Shown here one piece after another: positions 1-8,411 of a stretch of 30,861 nucleotides of DNA. The notes below the pieces were generated by a model. The model saw only the letters and a list, made by a program, of their open reading frames with translations, was not told where the DNA came from and searched no databases. The stretch comes from Candidatus Bathyarchaeia archaeon. Its GTDB lineage: Archaea; Thermoproteota; Bathyarchaeia; Bathyarchaeales; Bathycorpusculaceae. Each line of letters opens with the position of its first letter. The first letter of the stretch is position 1. The DNA lies in the NCBI GenBank assembly GCA_049515895.1, contig JBEKTQ010000030.1, positions 1 to 30,861 on the forward strand, given 5' to 3'. The position numbers and the translations under genes were made by a program.

Positions 1-69
1 TAAGTTTCGTGAGGGGGGAAAAGTCGTAACAAGGTGGCCGTAGGGGAACCTGCGGCCGGATCACCTCCT
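1..69 (+). rRNA. rrs: 16S rRNA, 3' end (partial)
   Basis: Universal AAGTCGTAACAAGG, helix 45 (GGCCGTAGG-GGAA-CCTGCGGCC) and anti-Shine-Dalgarno GATCACCTCCT ending at 69; archaeal-type context. Confidence 0.98.
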
Positions 70-76
70 AAGAAAA

Positions 77-92
77 AAGCATTCGAATGCTT
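77..92. repeat. Perfect 16-bp palindrome/hairpin in the 16S 3' trailer
   Basis: AAGCATTCGAATGCTT is its own reverse complement; probably pre-rRNA trailer structure. Confidence 0.7.
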
Positions 93-175
93 AATTGGAG
101 GAGCAAGGAGAACATTAAGAACACACAGGTGTACGTCAAAGCCCAATAAACATTAGCAATATAGCCAAGGGTTAA

Positions 176-190
176 TTTTCTTTATTTTTT
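176..190 (+). terminator. Oligo-T tract, putative archaeal terminator of the 16S transcript
   Basis: TTTTCTTTATTTTTT about 110 nt after the 16S end. Confidence 0.5.
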
Positions 191-285
191 ATAATTGAGA
201 TCCACATGGAATATTATTTAATTGGGAAGGTTTTTGGGTTGAAAACTCTTTTTAGGGAATCTGACAAAGTAGTTACGCGGTATTC

Positions 286-1209
286 ATGTGTCAAAAAGCC
301 TTCATCTCGGATGCCGACTCGGCACTGGCAAACCTTGTCTGGAGAGGCATAGAAAATGAATCTGGAGCAAAAAGCATAATCTCAAGCCAAGAGCAGATTT
401 CGTTTTCATCTCCAAAAGCCGCTGGCGCGCATGGAAGCCGGAAACTATTGATTTTTCTATACAACATAACTGAAGAACCGGCAATGAGAAACATAGCGCT
501 GACTGCTGGTGTCTCCAGAGACGGTGCAAATTTAAAGACCTTTGCCCTGCACTATCTTATTACACCAGTTACCGGAAACGACAAAGACGACCACGCATTA
601 CTTGAAACAATAATTCATATACTTTTAGCCACGCCATCGATTTACGCAAATGAAAAAAACAGTGTCGGGCTTATGGTGAAAATGGATTCGCTTTCTTTGG
701 ATGAGCTAAGAAAACTGTGGATTGCTTTGGGTACCCCCCTTAGGCTTTCTGTGAGCTTAACCGCCTCCTCAGCTCAGCCTGAGCATGATTCCCAGGCACA
801 GGTAACAAGCAGTATCGTGGCACCGGAAAAAGCCGAGCCTGACACAAAAAATGTTACCCAACTCTACCAAGCTGTGCTCAAAACATTCGCTGAGCAATCC
901 GATGGCTGGAAAAACCGCAACATGGTAGTCAAACAATGGTTGCTCCAAGACTTTAAGAAAAACACCAATATGACCGTTGAGGAGATGTTCACCACTCTTA
1001 ACAATTTAGGCGACAAATTGGAACAACATTGTCCAACGACCCAGTTCGTAAAGCCCCTGAACCTATTGGCTGGATACTACAAACACCAACTTGACCAACT
1101 CAAGGGAATGCATAAAGTGTCACACAATCAAGCTGAGAATCTAGAAACAATAAACATATGGATCAAAGATGTCGAGACTTTAGTGGAAGCGCTGGGGCCG
1201 CTAGACTAG
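286..1209 (+). CDS. DUF4255/Pvc16-like N-terminal domain protein with extra C-terminal helical domain
   Basis: Motifs ISFSSP, LLIFLYNITEEPAMRN, LHYLITP, DHALLETI..L..TP and SLDELRKLWIALGTPLRLSV follow the DUF4255 (Pvc16/Afp16 tail terminator-like) pattern; recognised by eye. Confidence 0.7.
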   Translation: MCQKAFISDADSALANLVWRGIENESGAKSIISSQEQISFSSPKAAGAHGSRKLLIFLYNITEEPAMRNIALTAGVSRDGANLKTFALHYLITPVTGNDKDDHALLETIIHILLATPSIYANEKNSVGLMVKMDSLSLDELRKLWIALGTPLRLSVSLTASSAQPEHDSQAQVTSSIVAPEKAEPDTKNVTQLYQAVLKTFAEQSDGWKNRNMVVKQWLLQDFKKNTNMTVEEMFTTLNNLGDKLEQHCPTTQFVKPLNLLAGYYKHQLDQLKGMHKVSHNQAENLETINIWIKDVETLVEALGPLD

Positions 1210-1303
1210 AGAAATTGTGCTTAGAATTGAGAGTCGTTTCGTCGCAAAATGCCTTGCCTTTCTTGGGACAATTTTTCGCTAAATGGGCCGAAAGCCGAAA
1301 ACT

Positions 1304-1807
1304 TTACTCTGTCAAATTCTTGGTGTAGTCCCAGATTTTATCGCTCACAAAATGCAGTGTCTTGGCTACTGGGCCCTTCTTTGTTTGCCTTGCCGTTTGC
1401 GCGTCCATGAGGCTTTCACCCAGCGCGAGTGCTTTCCCAAACTTCACATCAACCACGAGAACTAGGTCGCCTTTGCCGAAGTTGCCTTCGATTCGCACTA
1501 TTCCTGGAGCCATAACTGTTGCGCCTTTGCAGACGTAGGGGACTGCGCCCATGTCGACCACGATTTTGGGTGCGCCAGCTATGTATTCGCTAAAGTGCAG
1601 AGTAGGCAGGATTTTGTTGTCGGCTTTAAAGAGGATTGGTTTTCCTTCGATAAGGTAAATCAAACCCACTTCTGATTCCACGACCTCAACCGTGGCTTTG
1701 CTGCTATAAAGCGCTTCCAAGTCAAGCCTTAGGTCTGCTGAGGCTTCGGCTAGCAGCTGTTTTGCCTCTTTATTTTTCAACGGGTATCTTCGCTGTTTCG
1801 TAGGCAT
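1304..1807 (-). CDS. Pre-PUA/PUA domain RNA-binding protein (MCT-1/Tma20-like)
   Basis: PKIVVDMGAVPYVCKGATVMAPGI and HFVSDKIW are typical of archaeal DUF1947-PUA proteins. Confidence 0.9.
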   Translation of the reverse strand: MPTKQRRYPLKNKEAKQLLAEASADLRLDLEALYSSKATVEVVESEVGLIYLIEGKPILFKADNKILPTLHFSEYIAGAPKIVVDMGAVPYVCKGATVMAPGIVRIEGNFGKGDLVLVVDVKFGKALALGESLMDAQTARQTKKGPVAKTLHFVSDKIWDYTKNLTE

Positions 1808-1957
1808 GCGGTTCGCTTACCGTATCATGCAGGCTTAAGATTTAACTTTACCCCAAAATCCGCCGTCAACAGTTGCGTCGCTTTTTTATATGAGCTTCAA
1901 CCTTTATTTGCAACCAATCAGTTCTCGAAAACAAACTTGGAATCGAGGTCTAAAAAC

Positions 1958-2536
1958 ATGCCTAAATGTCACAGTTGCGGAAAAGAATCTAAGGGCAACA
2001 TGCCGACTGCGAAGATCGCCGGCGAACAACGATCTTATTGTGCAGACTGTTACTGGAAGGTTGAGAAGGAGTATAAGGGGAAGAGGAGCTGTGAGGAATG
2101 CAGCTACTTCTGCGAGGAAACCTGCAAGAAGAAAGGCAAAAAGCTCAAGGCGGTGACAGTTGGTTACAACATGTATTTTGTAGAGGCTGAAAAATGCGGC
2201 GACTTCTCCACTGACAAAGAAGTTGCTTTGGCAGAAATCAAGAAGCTTGAGGCACAGGGGAAATTTGAAGAGGCAGCCTCCGGATACGGCAAGTGGGGCA
2301 TGGTTGGGCAATCGGAAGCGGCAAGGAAAAAGATGCCTAAGCCAAGCACCGACGCCGATGATTTAGTTAGAAACCTGGCTAAACAGGGGCAAACGTTAAC
2401 TTATTACTGTCCGCACTGTGGGTCGCAACTGAAAATCGGGGCGAAAGCAGCTCAAATCCAAAAGTTCTGCGCAAGATGCAAGGGCGATTTGACACTTATC
2501 GATTTAGGTAAATTCATCGAGCAACATGCGTCTTAG
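1958..2536 (+). CDS. Multi-CxxC zinc-finger/zinc-ribbon hypothetical protein
   Basis: CHSC, CADC, CEEC, CPHC and CARC pairs; ATG 1958 follows SD-like GAGGT (ORF track starts at TTG 1937). Confidence 0.75.
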   Translation: MPKCHSCGKESKGNMPTAKIAGEQRSYCADCYWKVEKEYKGKRSCEECSYFCEETCKKKGKKLKAVTVGYNMYFVEAEKCGDFSTDKEVALAEIKKLEAQGKFEEAASGYGKWGMVGQSEAARKKMPKPSTDADDLVRNLAKQGQTLTYYCPHCGSQLKIGAKAAQIQKFCARCKGDLTLIDLGKFIEQHAS

Positions 2537-2676
2537 CAGAAACAACCCTCCAGCCTTCTCCTACAAGAAGCCTACCTTGAACTGCGGCAGCTTCTAGAAC
2601 CTTTTTCAATCTCCGAAATGGTTAAATGGGGAGAGTTCAAGTATAGAAGAGATAACGAAATCATGAGGATTACAGC

Positions 2677-2904
2677 ATGAGCGAAATGACAACCGAAATC
2701 CTTGAACAAAACCTCGGCAAAGTCGTACTAGTACGGCTCAAAGGCGGAAAAAGCCTCCGGGGAAGACTGAAGGGTTTCGACCAACACTTGAACCTGGTTC
2801 TAGAAGAAACAGAAGACACAACCCAAGTTGAAAACCAAAAGAAACTGGGACTAATCATCGTCCGCGGAGACAACGTAGTCCTAATATCGCCGCCGCCTAG
2901 GTGA
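2677..2904 (+). CDS. LSm/Sm-like archaeal protein (SmAP1)
   Basis: Sm1 ([14 protein letters not shown]) and Sm2 ([13 protein letters not shown]) motifs; directly upstream of rpl37e, the usual arrangement. Confidence 0.95.
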   Translation: MSEMTTEILEQNLGKVVLVRLKGGKSLRGRLKGFDQHLNLVLEETEDTTQVENQKKLGLIIVRGDNVVLISPPPR

Positions 2905-2909
2905 CCTCG

Positions 2910-3098
2910 ATGGGAAAAGGCACTCCATCAATGGGCAAGCGGCAAGGCAAAACCGTCCATATTAAATGCCGACGATGCGGAAGACGAGCATATCACGTAC
3001 GCAACAAGCGTTGCGGAGCATGCGGCTTCGGAGAAACAACAAAAATCCGGCATTACACTTGGATGAGGAAAACTCTTCAAAGAGTAAGAGTCGTCTAA
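2910..3098 (+). CDS. rpl37e: 50S ribosomal protein L37e
   Basis: [11 protein letters not shown]...[13 protein letters not shown]...CGACGFG; ATG 2910 preceded by SD AGGTGA. Confidence 0.97.
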   Translation: MGKGTPSMGKRQGKTVHIKCRRCGRRAYHVRNKRCGACGFGETTKIRHYTWMRKTLQRVRVV

Positions 3099-3464
3099 AA
3101 CCCCAATTCTCAGAACTTATTTCCACTCTGAAAACAACGCATTTTTCAAAATCAAGTCTGCAGCGATGCCTCGAAATTAGCCAATGAACAAAGTTTTGAG
3201 AGTATATGCAGGTGGCCAGCCTACATTAGATGGTATTTCTGCGTTTCAAGAAGTGTGATCTGATGCTTTCAGCAAGTAATTCAAGAATTTATTTTACTTC
3301 AAAAGAAGAAGAAGATAATGGCAGTGTGCACACTTCTTCTTCCACTTTACGCTGGTTATCGCTGTAGCACCGACAGCTCTTTGGGCAACTCGGCTCTTGA
3401 GAATATCAACGTACGTTGGGTTGTTGTATGAGGGCTTTGAAAAAAACTAATATAGGGTGTTGGC

Positions 3465-4076
3465 TCAGCTTGGCGAGTTGTAGTAGCCCTTGTCTACTTT
3501 GACGAAGATTAATGGTCCTTTGCTCTGCGCCATCTCGCGGGCTTTACGGAGTGCCTCGTTAACGATGGTGAAGACTTGCTCGCGTTCGTTCAGTTCCTGC
3601 ACGTGTCTTTCGCCGAGCTCCATTTTTAGCAGGTTCTCAGACAGAATGTCTGTGCCGCAGATTTCCCCGTTCTTAAGCAGGGTTGTAATGATGAGTTCTT
3701 GAAGCTCCTGCTTGTGCTCAATCCTTTTCCACAAAGGCTCCGCGGTGGTGAGAGTTTTAGAAATTTTGTTCCATCGAGACGCGTTCTGGTCACCAATGAG
3801 CAGTTTAACGCGTTCCTTCCACTTCTTAAACCAAATCCCAATCCAGACAGTCAAGAACGCTTCAAGCTCAGTTGAATCTTCCTTAAAAACTGCTTCCAAC
3901 CTTTCAACTACTTCGCATTGGCTCGCTTCTCTTCCAATCATGTTCCAGTGGAACTTTAGGAAATTTGTGAAGTCTTGACAAGCAACCTGCAAAACTTTGC
4001 GGTCTGACCCCATAATGTCAAGAGCTGGATCCGCATCCTTCAATTTCTCCCCTATCATCAACTCGACAAAGTTCAT
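3465..4076 (-). CDS. Hypothetical protein (helical, about 203 aa)
   Basis: Long ORF with normal composition; ATG 4076 preceded by SD GGAG; no recognisable motif. Confidence 0.75.
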   Translation of the reverse strand: MNFVELMIGEKLKDADPALDIMGSDRKVLQVACQDFTNFLKFHWNMIGREASQCEVVERLEAVFKEDSTELEAFLTVWIGIWFKKWKERVKLLIGDQNASRWNKISKTLTTAEPLWKRIEHKQELQELIITTLLKNGEICGTDILSENLLKMELGERHVQELNEREQVFTIVNEALRKAREMAQSKGPLIFVKVDKGYYNSPS

Positions 4077-4199
4077 TCTCCTATGCCCTCTCCAATAATG
4101 ACTTAAGATCAAGGTTTCTGATAAACCTTATTTTTTCTGAGGAATATAAACGGTTAAGACGGGTTCAGACAATATTTCAGTTTTCGATATATCGCTGAA

Positions 4200-4874
4200 T
4201 CAAGCGATAAAACTTGGAAGGGACGTGACATCTTTTAAAATCAAATCTGGCTCCTCTCGGGCAAGCTCTGCAGATTGAAAAAGCCCAGATAACACGGCTA
4301 CTGTTCGTACTCCAGCAGCTTTTCCAGCGCGCACATCGTTAACTGAATCGCCCGCTATGATGCAGTCGCATATTTCAACATCTAAGGCTTTAACGCAGCT
4401 TATCAGTGCTTCAGGCGACGGTTTAGGTTTAAGCGTGTCGAGAGCAGTTACAACATGGGTAAAATATCTGGCTATTCCAAAAAATTCCAGCTCTTCTATG
4501 ATGGATTGCTTTGGAACATGCCGCATAGTTATGAGGGCAAGCTTCTTTTTCTCCGCTAACGCTTCAAGTGCAGCCTTAACGTTTGGTATAAGCTTGGTTT
4601 TCTTCAGTGTGATTGAATAGTAGGTTTTTAGGTACACACTTAGGAATCTCTTGGTTTCACCGTAGGTAATTTCATTTATCGAGAATCCCTGCTCAAGTCT
4701 CCTAGGAATTTCCAAAGCTGTTTCTTTCGTTGGAGGAGCTTGACTGATACTTTGGAACGATACTCTTGCGGCTTCTATGTAAGCTTCGGTAGAGTCAACT
4801 ATCGTGCCGTCCAAATCCAGAAAAATACCTTTCGCCTTAAAGCCGTTTCCGAGCATCTCTCTCGGTCTCTTCAC
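4200..4874 (-). CDS. HAD-superfamily hydrolase (PGP/PpaX-like phosphatase)
   Basis: Motif I DLDGTIVDS, KPKPSPE, and motif IV GDSVNDVRAGKAAG; alternative start ATG 4856. Confidence 0.92.
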   Translation of the reverse strand: MKRPREMLGNGFKAKGIFLDLDGTIVDSTEAYIEAARVSFQSISQAPPTKETALEIPRRLEQGFSINEITYGETKRFLSVYLKTYYSITLKKTKLIPNVKAALEALAEKKKLALITMRHVPKQSIIEELEFFGIARYFTHVVTALDTLKPKPSPEALISCVKALDVEICDCIIAGDSVNDVRAGKAAGVRTVAVLSGLFQSAELAREEPDLILKDVTSLPSFIA

Positions 4875-4974
4875 TGTTTTCTTTATTTCTTAAACGTTTC
4901 TTATGTTTCATGAAGAAACAACGTTGTCAATCTGACGTCTGCGTCGATGGCGGAAAGGTTCGTTGTTAATCCGT

Positions 4975-6420
4975 TTAGGCTGCTGAATTCCGTGTTTCTT
5001 TTCCCCGAATGAACGACAATACACCCGCCAGCGCCAGTATGGCTATTGAAGCGTAGAAAGCGTGGTCTATGCCTGATATGAATGCTTGGCTCACGCCGCC
5101 AGACAAGCTACTCGTTCCAATGAACACTTCAAAGGCGACTTGGCGAGGAATTGAGGCTGCAGCAACCGAAATTGACAAAACGTAGCTGCCGACTAACCCG
5201 ACGTTCTGGACGGTTCTCAGCAAACCCGAGATGCTGCCAAATGAACCTGTTCTTGCATTCGCCATCACGGCACTATTGTTGGCTGGGAAAAACATGGATG
5301 TGCCAAGGCCTGAGACTGCTGAAGCAAGAAGTACAATGTACAGTGGCGTATTTGTGCCCATAGTCAAGTAAATCAGGACGGCGACTGCTAGGAAGAATAT
5401 TCCTGTTGTAGCGATTTCTCTTGAACCGTACTTGTCGGATAGCCTGCCCATGATTGGACCCAGAAAGCTGCCTGCGACGTATCCCGGTACCAGCAGCAGC
5501 GAGGCGTTGAGCGGCGTGAGCGCTCTTATTCCCTGCAAGTACATTATCACAAGGAAGACGACGGAGAAATAGCCTACGCTTGTGAAGAACGCTGACAGGA
5601 TGGCGTTCCGGAGGACCTTGATTTTGAGCGCTTCAAAGTCAATTAGGGGGGCTTCCAGCCGACGATCGTACAACACAAACACTGGGAGTATGGCTGCTCC
5701 AATCAGGGTTAACGTGAGGTTGAGGGTGCTGAGCCCCGAGGCCGCGAAATTTACAAGCCCCAGAGAAAGAAGAACCAACGCTGAGGCAAACATTCCCATT
5801 CCTGGGAAGTCAAGTTTGCTGGGGACTGTAGGGTGAATATCCCTGATGTATTTCACGCCTACCGTAACAGCGATGACTCCGATTGGAATGTTTATGAAGA
5901 AAATGTATTGCCAGCCTACGAAAGTGGTGATTATCCCCCCTAAGACTATGCCCAGCATTGCACCAGCGGTAAAGCCCAGTGAATTGTAGCCGTAGGCCCT
6001 CCCCCGTCTTTCTCTGGGGAAATAATCGGCGATAATGGCACCGCTCGTGGCCTGCAAGATTGCTCCTCCTACCGCTTGAATCACCCTAAAGCCTATGAGC
6101 AAATTAATGTTTGGTGCAACCCCGCATAAGGCTGACCCAACTGTGAACACCACAAAGCCTACATTGAATATTCTGCACCTGCCGTATATGTCTCCGATTC
6201 TGCCCATTTGTGTTGTTGCAACGGCTATGACGAGAAGATACGCTAGGATGATCCACAGTGACGTGGCGAGGTCTGAGTGTAGGCTGTCGTTTATTGTTGG
6301 GAAAGCCAAAAGGACAATGGTACTATCGAGTGCCCCCATTAATGTTCCGAGCATTACGATGCCTAACACTAAGCTGCTATGCTCTGGTAAGACAGTAATC
6401 GGCTTCTTTTGGTCTTGCAT
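4975..6420 (-). CDS. MFS transporter, DHA2 (EmrB/QacA-like)
   Basis: ALDSTIV, motif A GRIGDIYGR, RVIQAVGGA, ERRGRAYG, WQYIFFINIPIG; many TM segments. Confidence 0.95.
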   Translation of the reverse strand: MQDQKKPITVLPEHSSLVLGIVMLGTLMGALDSTIVLLAFPTINDSLHSDLATSLWIILAYLLVIAVATTQMGRIGDIYGRCRIFNVGFVVFTVGSALCGVAPNINLLIGFRVIQAVGGAILQATSGAIIADYFPRERRGRAYGYNSLGFTAGAMLGIVLGGIITTFVGWQYIFFINIPIGVIAVTVGVKYIRDIHPTVPSKLDFPGMGMFASALVLLSLGLVNFAASGLSTLNLTLTLIGAAILPVFVLYDRRLEAPLIDFEALKIKVLRNAILSAFFTSVGYFSVVFLVIMYLQGIRALTPLNASLLLVPGYVAGSFLGPIMGRLSDKYGSREIATTGIFFLAVAVLIYLTMGTNTPLYIVLLASAVSGLGTSMFFPANNSAVMANARTGSFGSISGLLRTVQNVGLVGSYVLSISVAAASIPRQVAFEVFIGTSSLSGGVSQAFISGIDHAFYASIAILALAGVLSFIRGKETRNSAA

Positions 6421-6636
6421 TCGGGTGCCTCATTTGTGGCAGTTCTAAAATTGTTTCTTTTCTTGATTATTGGACTGATCGTCAATTTATAAATATGGTG
6501 CATCAGGAACCTTCAGTCGCATGGCAGTATAGATTCGAAGGTAGGTTGATGGTTAATGTTTTGGGTAAGTCTAGATAAGTAATTATAATTCATGGAACCT
6601 ATTTTCAATGTAAATTTGCTTTAGCCGTGTTTCCAG

Positions 6637-7107
6637 ATGCCCGAGAAAACCGCTTCTCCAATCGACATATTCAGCTTAATGTCAGAAGATAGCGCTGAGC
6701 AAGCAAAAAAGAAGCGTAGGCAAGAACTTCTGGAGCCGACCAAGGTCAAGGACATTTTCAAGGAAGGAACCATAAACATTAACAAGTTCACTTGTGCCGG
6801 AGTGCAATGTAAATTATGCCTTAAGGCCTGCCCGACTAACGCTTTATATTGGGCGAACGGCGCGGTAGGCGTAATGGATGATTTATGCGTTTACTGCGGT
6901 GCCTGCGTCTTGAGCTGCATGGTTGACGACTGTATAAAGATTAAGCGTAGCCGGGAAGATGGCACCGTGGAACGCTTCGGTAAGCCAAAAGATGTTTTTG
7001 CGATTGCTGAAAAGGTTAATTCGAAAAAACGTTTGGGAAGGGTGAAAGCGATCTTTCCAAATTCTGAAGACTACTGCCAAAGGTATCTCAATAAACCAGA
7101 ATTGTGA
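6637..7107 (+). CDS. 4Fe-4S dicluster (ferredoxin-type) protein
   Basis: CAGVQCKLCLKACP and CVYCGACVLSC cluster motifs. Confidence 0.85.
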   Translation: MPEKTASPIDIFSLMSEDSAEQAKKKRRQELLEPTKVKDIFKEGTININKFTCAGVQCKLCLKACPTNALYWANGAVGVMDDLCVYCGACVLSCMVDDCIKIKRSREDGTVERFGKPKDVFAIAEKVNSKKRLGRVKAIFPNSEDYCQRYLNKPEL

Positions 7108-7123
7108 CTCTGCGTTTCTCTGG

Positions 7124-7972
7124 TCAAAGCGCCCGGTCAGTTTGAACGTTGATGTATGTGTTGGAGTCTACGTGAACTTCAACCCCGCCGCTTTGGGCTT
7201 CTTTCACTATAACATTAATGAGAAGCAACCTTGAATTGGCTCTCAGAGTTTGAAGTTCAACTGCTTTTTCATTCCAAACCACAGCTGTAACTTGTCCAGA
7301 ATCATCTACGAGGGTGACCCGGATGATTTTTCCGTCAACGTCGTTTGTTCGGGGAAAGGTCGTTAAGGCTGAAACGGCTCTTACAACGCCTGAAAGGTGT
7401 ACTGTGCCTGTGGCCTTGTTCAAAGAGGCTATTTTTGTAGTGAACTTCTCAGCGGCGGGGTACATACTGGTTTTTTCGGGGGGCTCAACTTCAATTTTGC
7501 TTTTGCTTCCGAGATGCAGCTCTACTTTGCCGTAGCGGTCTTCTCTAGTGTAGCCGTGGAGAAGCCGAACAGGCTGTCCAGTTTTTATTTCGCCGTTTTC
7601 AACCAAGTTCGCTTTGTCGTTCCAGAGGACCACGCGTAAGATTCCCTCGTTGTCAGCAATCATTAATGTTGCGTATTTGCCTGGTTTTTCTCCCTCAAAC
7701 GTGCGAACAGGGTAAATAGCGATTAAGCAGCCTGCCACCGTAACATCGTTTAAGCCGGCGAGTAAGCGGCTGGTCGATAGGATCCCAGTGTTACTGATGC
7801 CGTTCTGCTTTACTTCGACACCGTACTTTGCAGCGATCAGCCTCAGCAGTGTCTCGTCTCCAAGCAAGCCTCCTGTTCTCTCTCTTTCATCCCGCAGTTT
7901 CTCAAGAATCTGCCCTCGGCTAACCTCCGGGTTTTCTGCGAGAATTCTTTGGATGATATCTTGCGTGGTCAT
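7124..7972 (-). CDS. rpa: Replication protein A / single-stranded DNA-binding protein, two OB folds
   Basis: N-terminal helical region (GGLLGDETLLRLIA) and two OB folds (IADNEGILRVVLWNDKA; LVDDSGQVTAVVWNEKA). Confidence 0.88.
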   Translation of the reverse strand: MTTQDIIQRILAENPEVSRGQILEKLRDERERTGGLLGDETLLRLIAAKYGVEVKQNGISNTGILSTSRLLAGLNDVTVAGCLIAIYPVRTFEGEKPGKYATLMIADNEGILRVVLWNDKANLVENGEIKTGQPVRLLHGYTREDRYGKVELHLGSKSKIEVEPPEKTSMYPAAEKFTTKIASLNKATGTVHLSGVVRAVSALTTFPRTNDVDGKIIRVTLVDDSGQVTAVVWNEKAVELQTLRANSRLLLINVIVKEAQSGGVEVHVDSNTYINVQTDRAL

Positions 7973-8003
7973 CTTGCGCCGACACGATAACTACTCTGGA
8001 CGC

Positions 8004-8018
8004 TTTAAATTTTTTTGC
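8004..8018 (-). promoter_or_regulatory. BRE/TATA for rpa
   Basis: Minus strand GCAAAAAAATTTAAA about 30 bp upstream of ATG 7972. Confidence 0.55.
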
Positions 8019-8160
8019 ATTTCTCTTCTCTATCTCCAGTTTAAGGCGGTAACGAACTTTCATGTTGTGGGCAAGTTTTGTCGTGTGTGTTCTGGGGTGG
8101 AATTTTGTTGATTGTGTTTTGGGTTGGTTTTCTTGTTTGGGGCTTGAGGCGTTTGCAGGT

Positions 8161-8240
8161 TGCGACCCATAATGACTCCATTCGACCCATTGCGACTCGT
8201 AGCGACCCATTCCGACTCGTTTCGACTTTATTCGACTCTA
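8161..8240. repeat. Tandem array of eight 10-bp degenerate repeats (consensus about TTCGACYCRT)
   Basis: tgcGACccat aatGACtcca ttcGACccat tgcGACtcgt agcGACccat tccGACtcgt ttcGACttta ttcGACtcta; GAC recurs exactly every 10 nt. Confidence 0.93.
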
Positions 8241-8273
8241 AATTCTTAAGCACAATGCTGAAAACAACACTCA

Positions 8274-8349
8274 TTGCTTTTGACCGAGAAAGTAACCTTC
8301 ACAGCGGCAGCAAAGTGCAGGTTCCAAAGATATCCACTGGCAGTTCCAA
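8274..8349 (+). pseudogene. Frameshifted 5' relic of an AbrB/MazE/SpoVT-like (swapped-hairpin) DNA-binding protein gene
   Basis: Stitching three frames gives MLLTEKVTF / SGSKVQVPKI / HWQFQ, resembling the G-x-V-x-(I/V)-P-K-x-x-R-W hairpin of AbrB-like proteins; TATA-like TTCTTAAG at 8243-8250 about 24 bp upstream of TTG 8274. Confidence 0.5.
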
Positions 8350-8411
8350 TCCTGTTTATGTTTATTATAAACGCCACTCCATTAAACTTGGAGCGCTCAG
8401 GAGGAAAACTG

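Noticed and set aside
3294-3446. Minus-strand stop-to-stop frame SKPSYNNPTYVDILKSRVAQRAVGATA... and a 37-aa plus-strand ORF
   Set aside because: The minus frame has no start codon; neither has an SD or recognisable motif. Could be a gene fragment but cannot be supported.
8161-8240. CRISPR array interpretation of the repeats
   Set aside because: Units are 10 bp, contiguous and degenerate, with no unique spacers and no cas genes.
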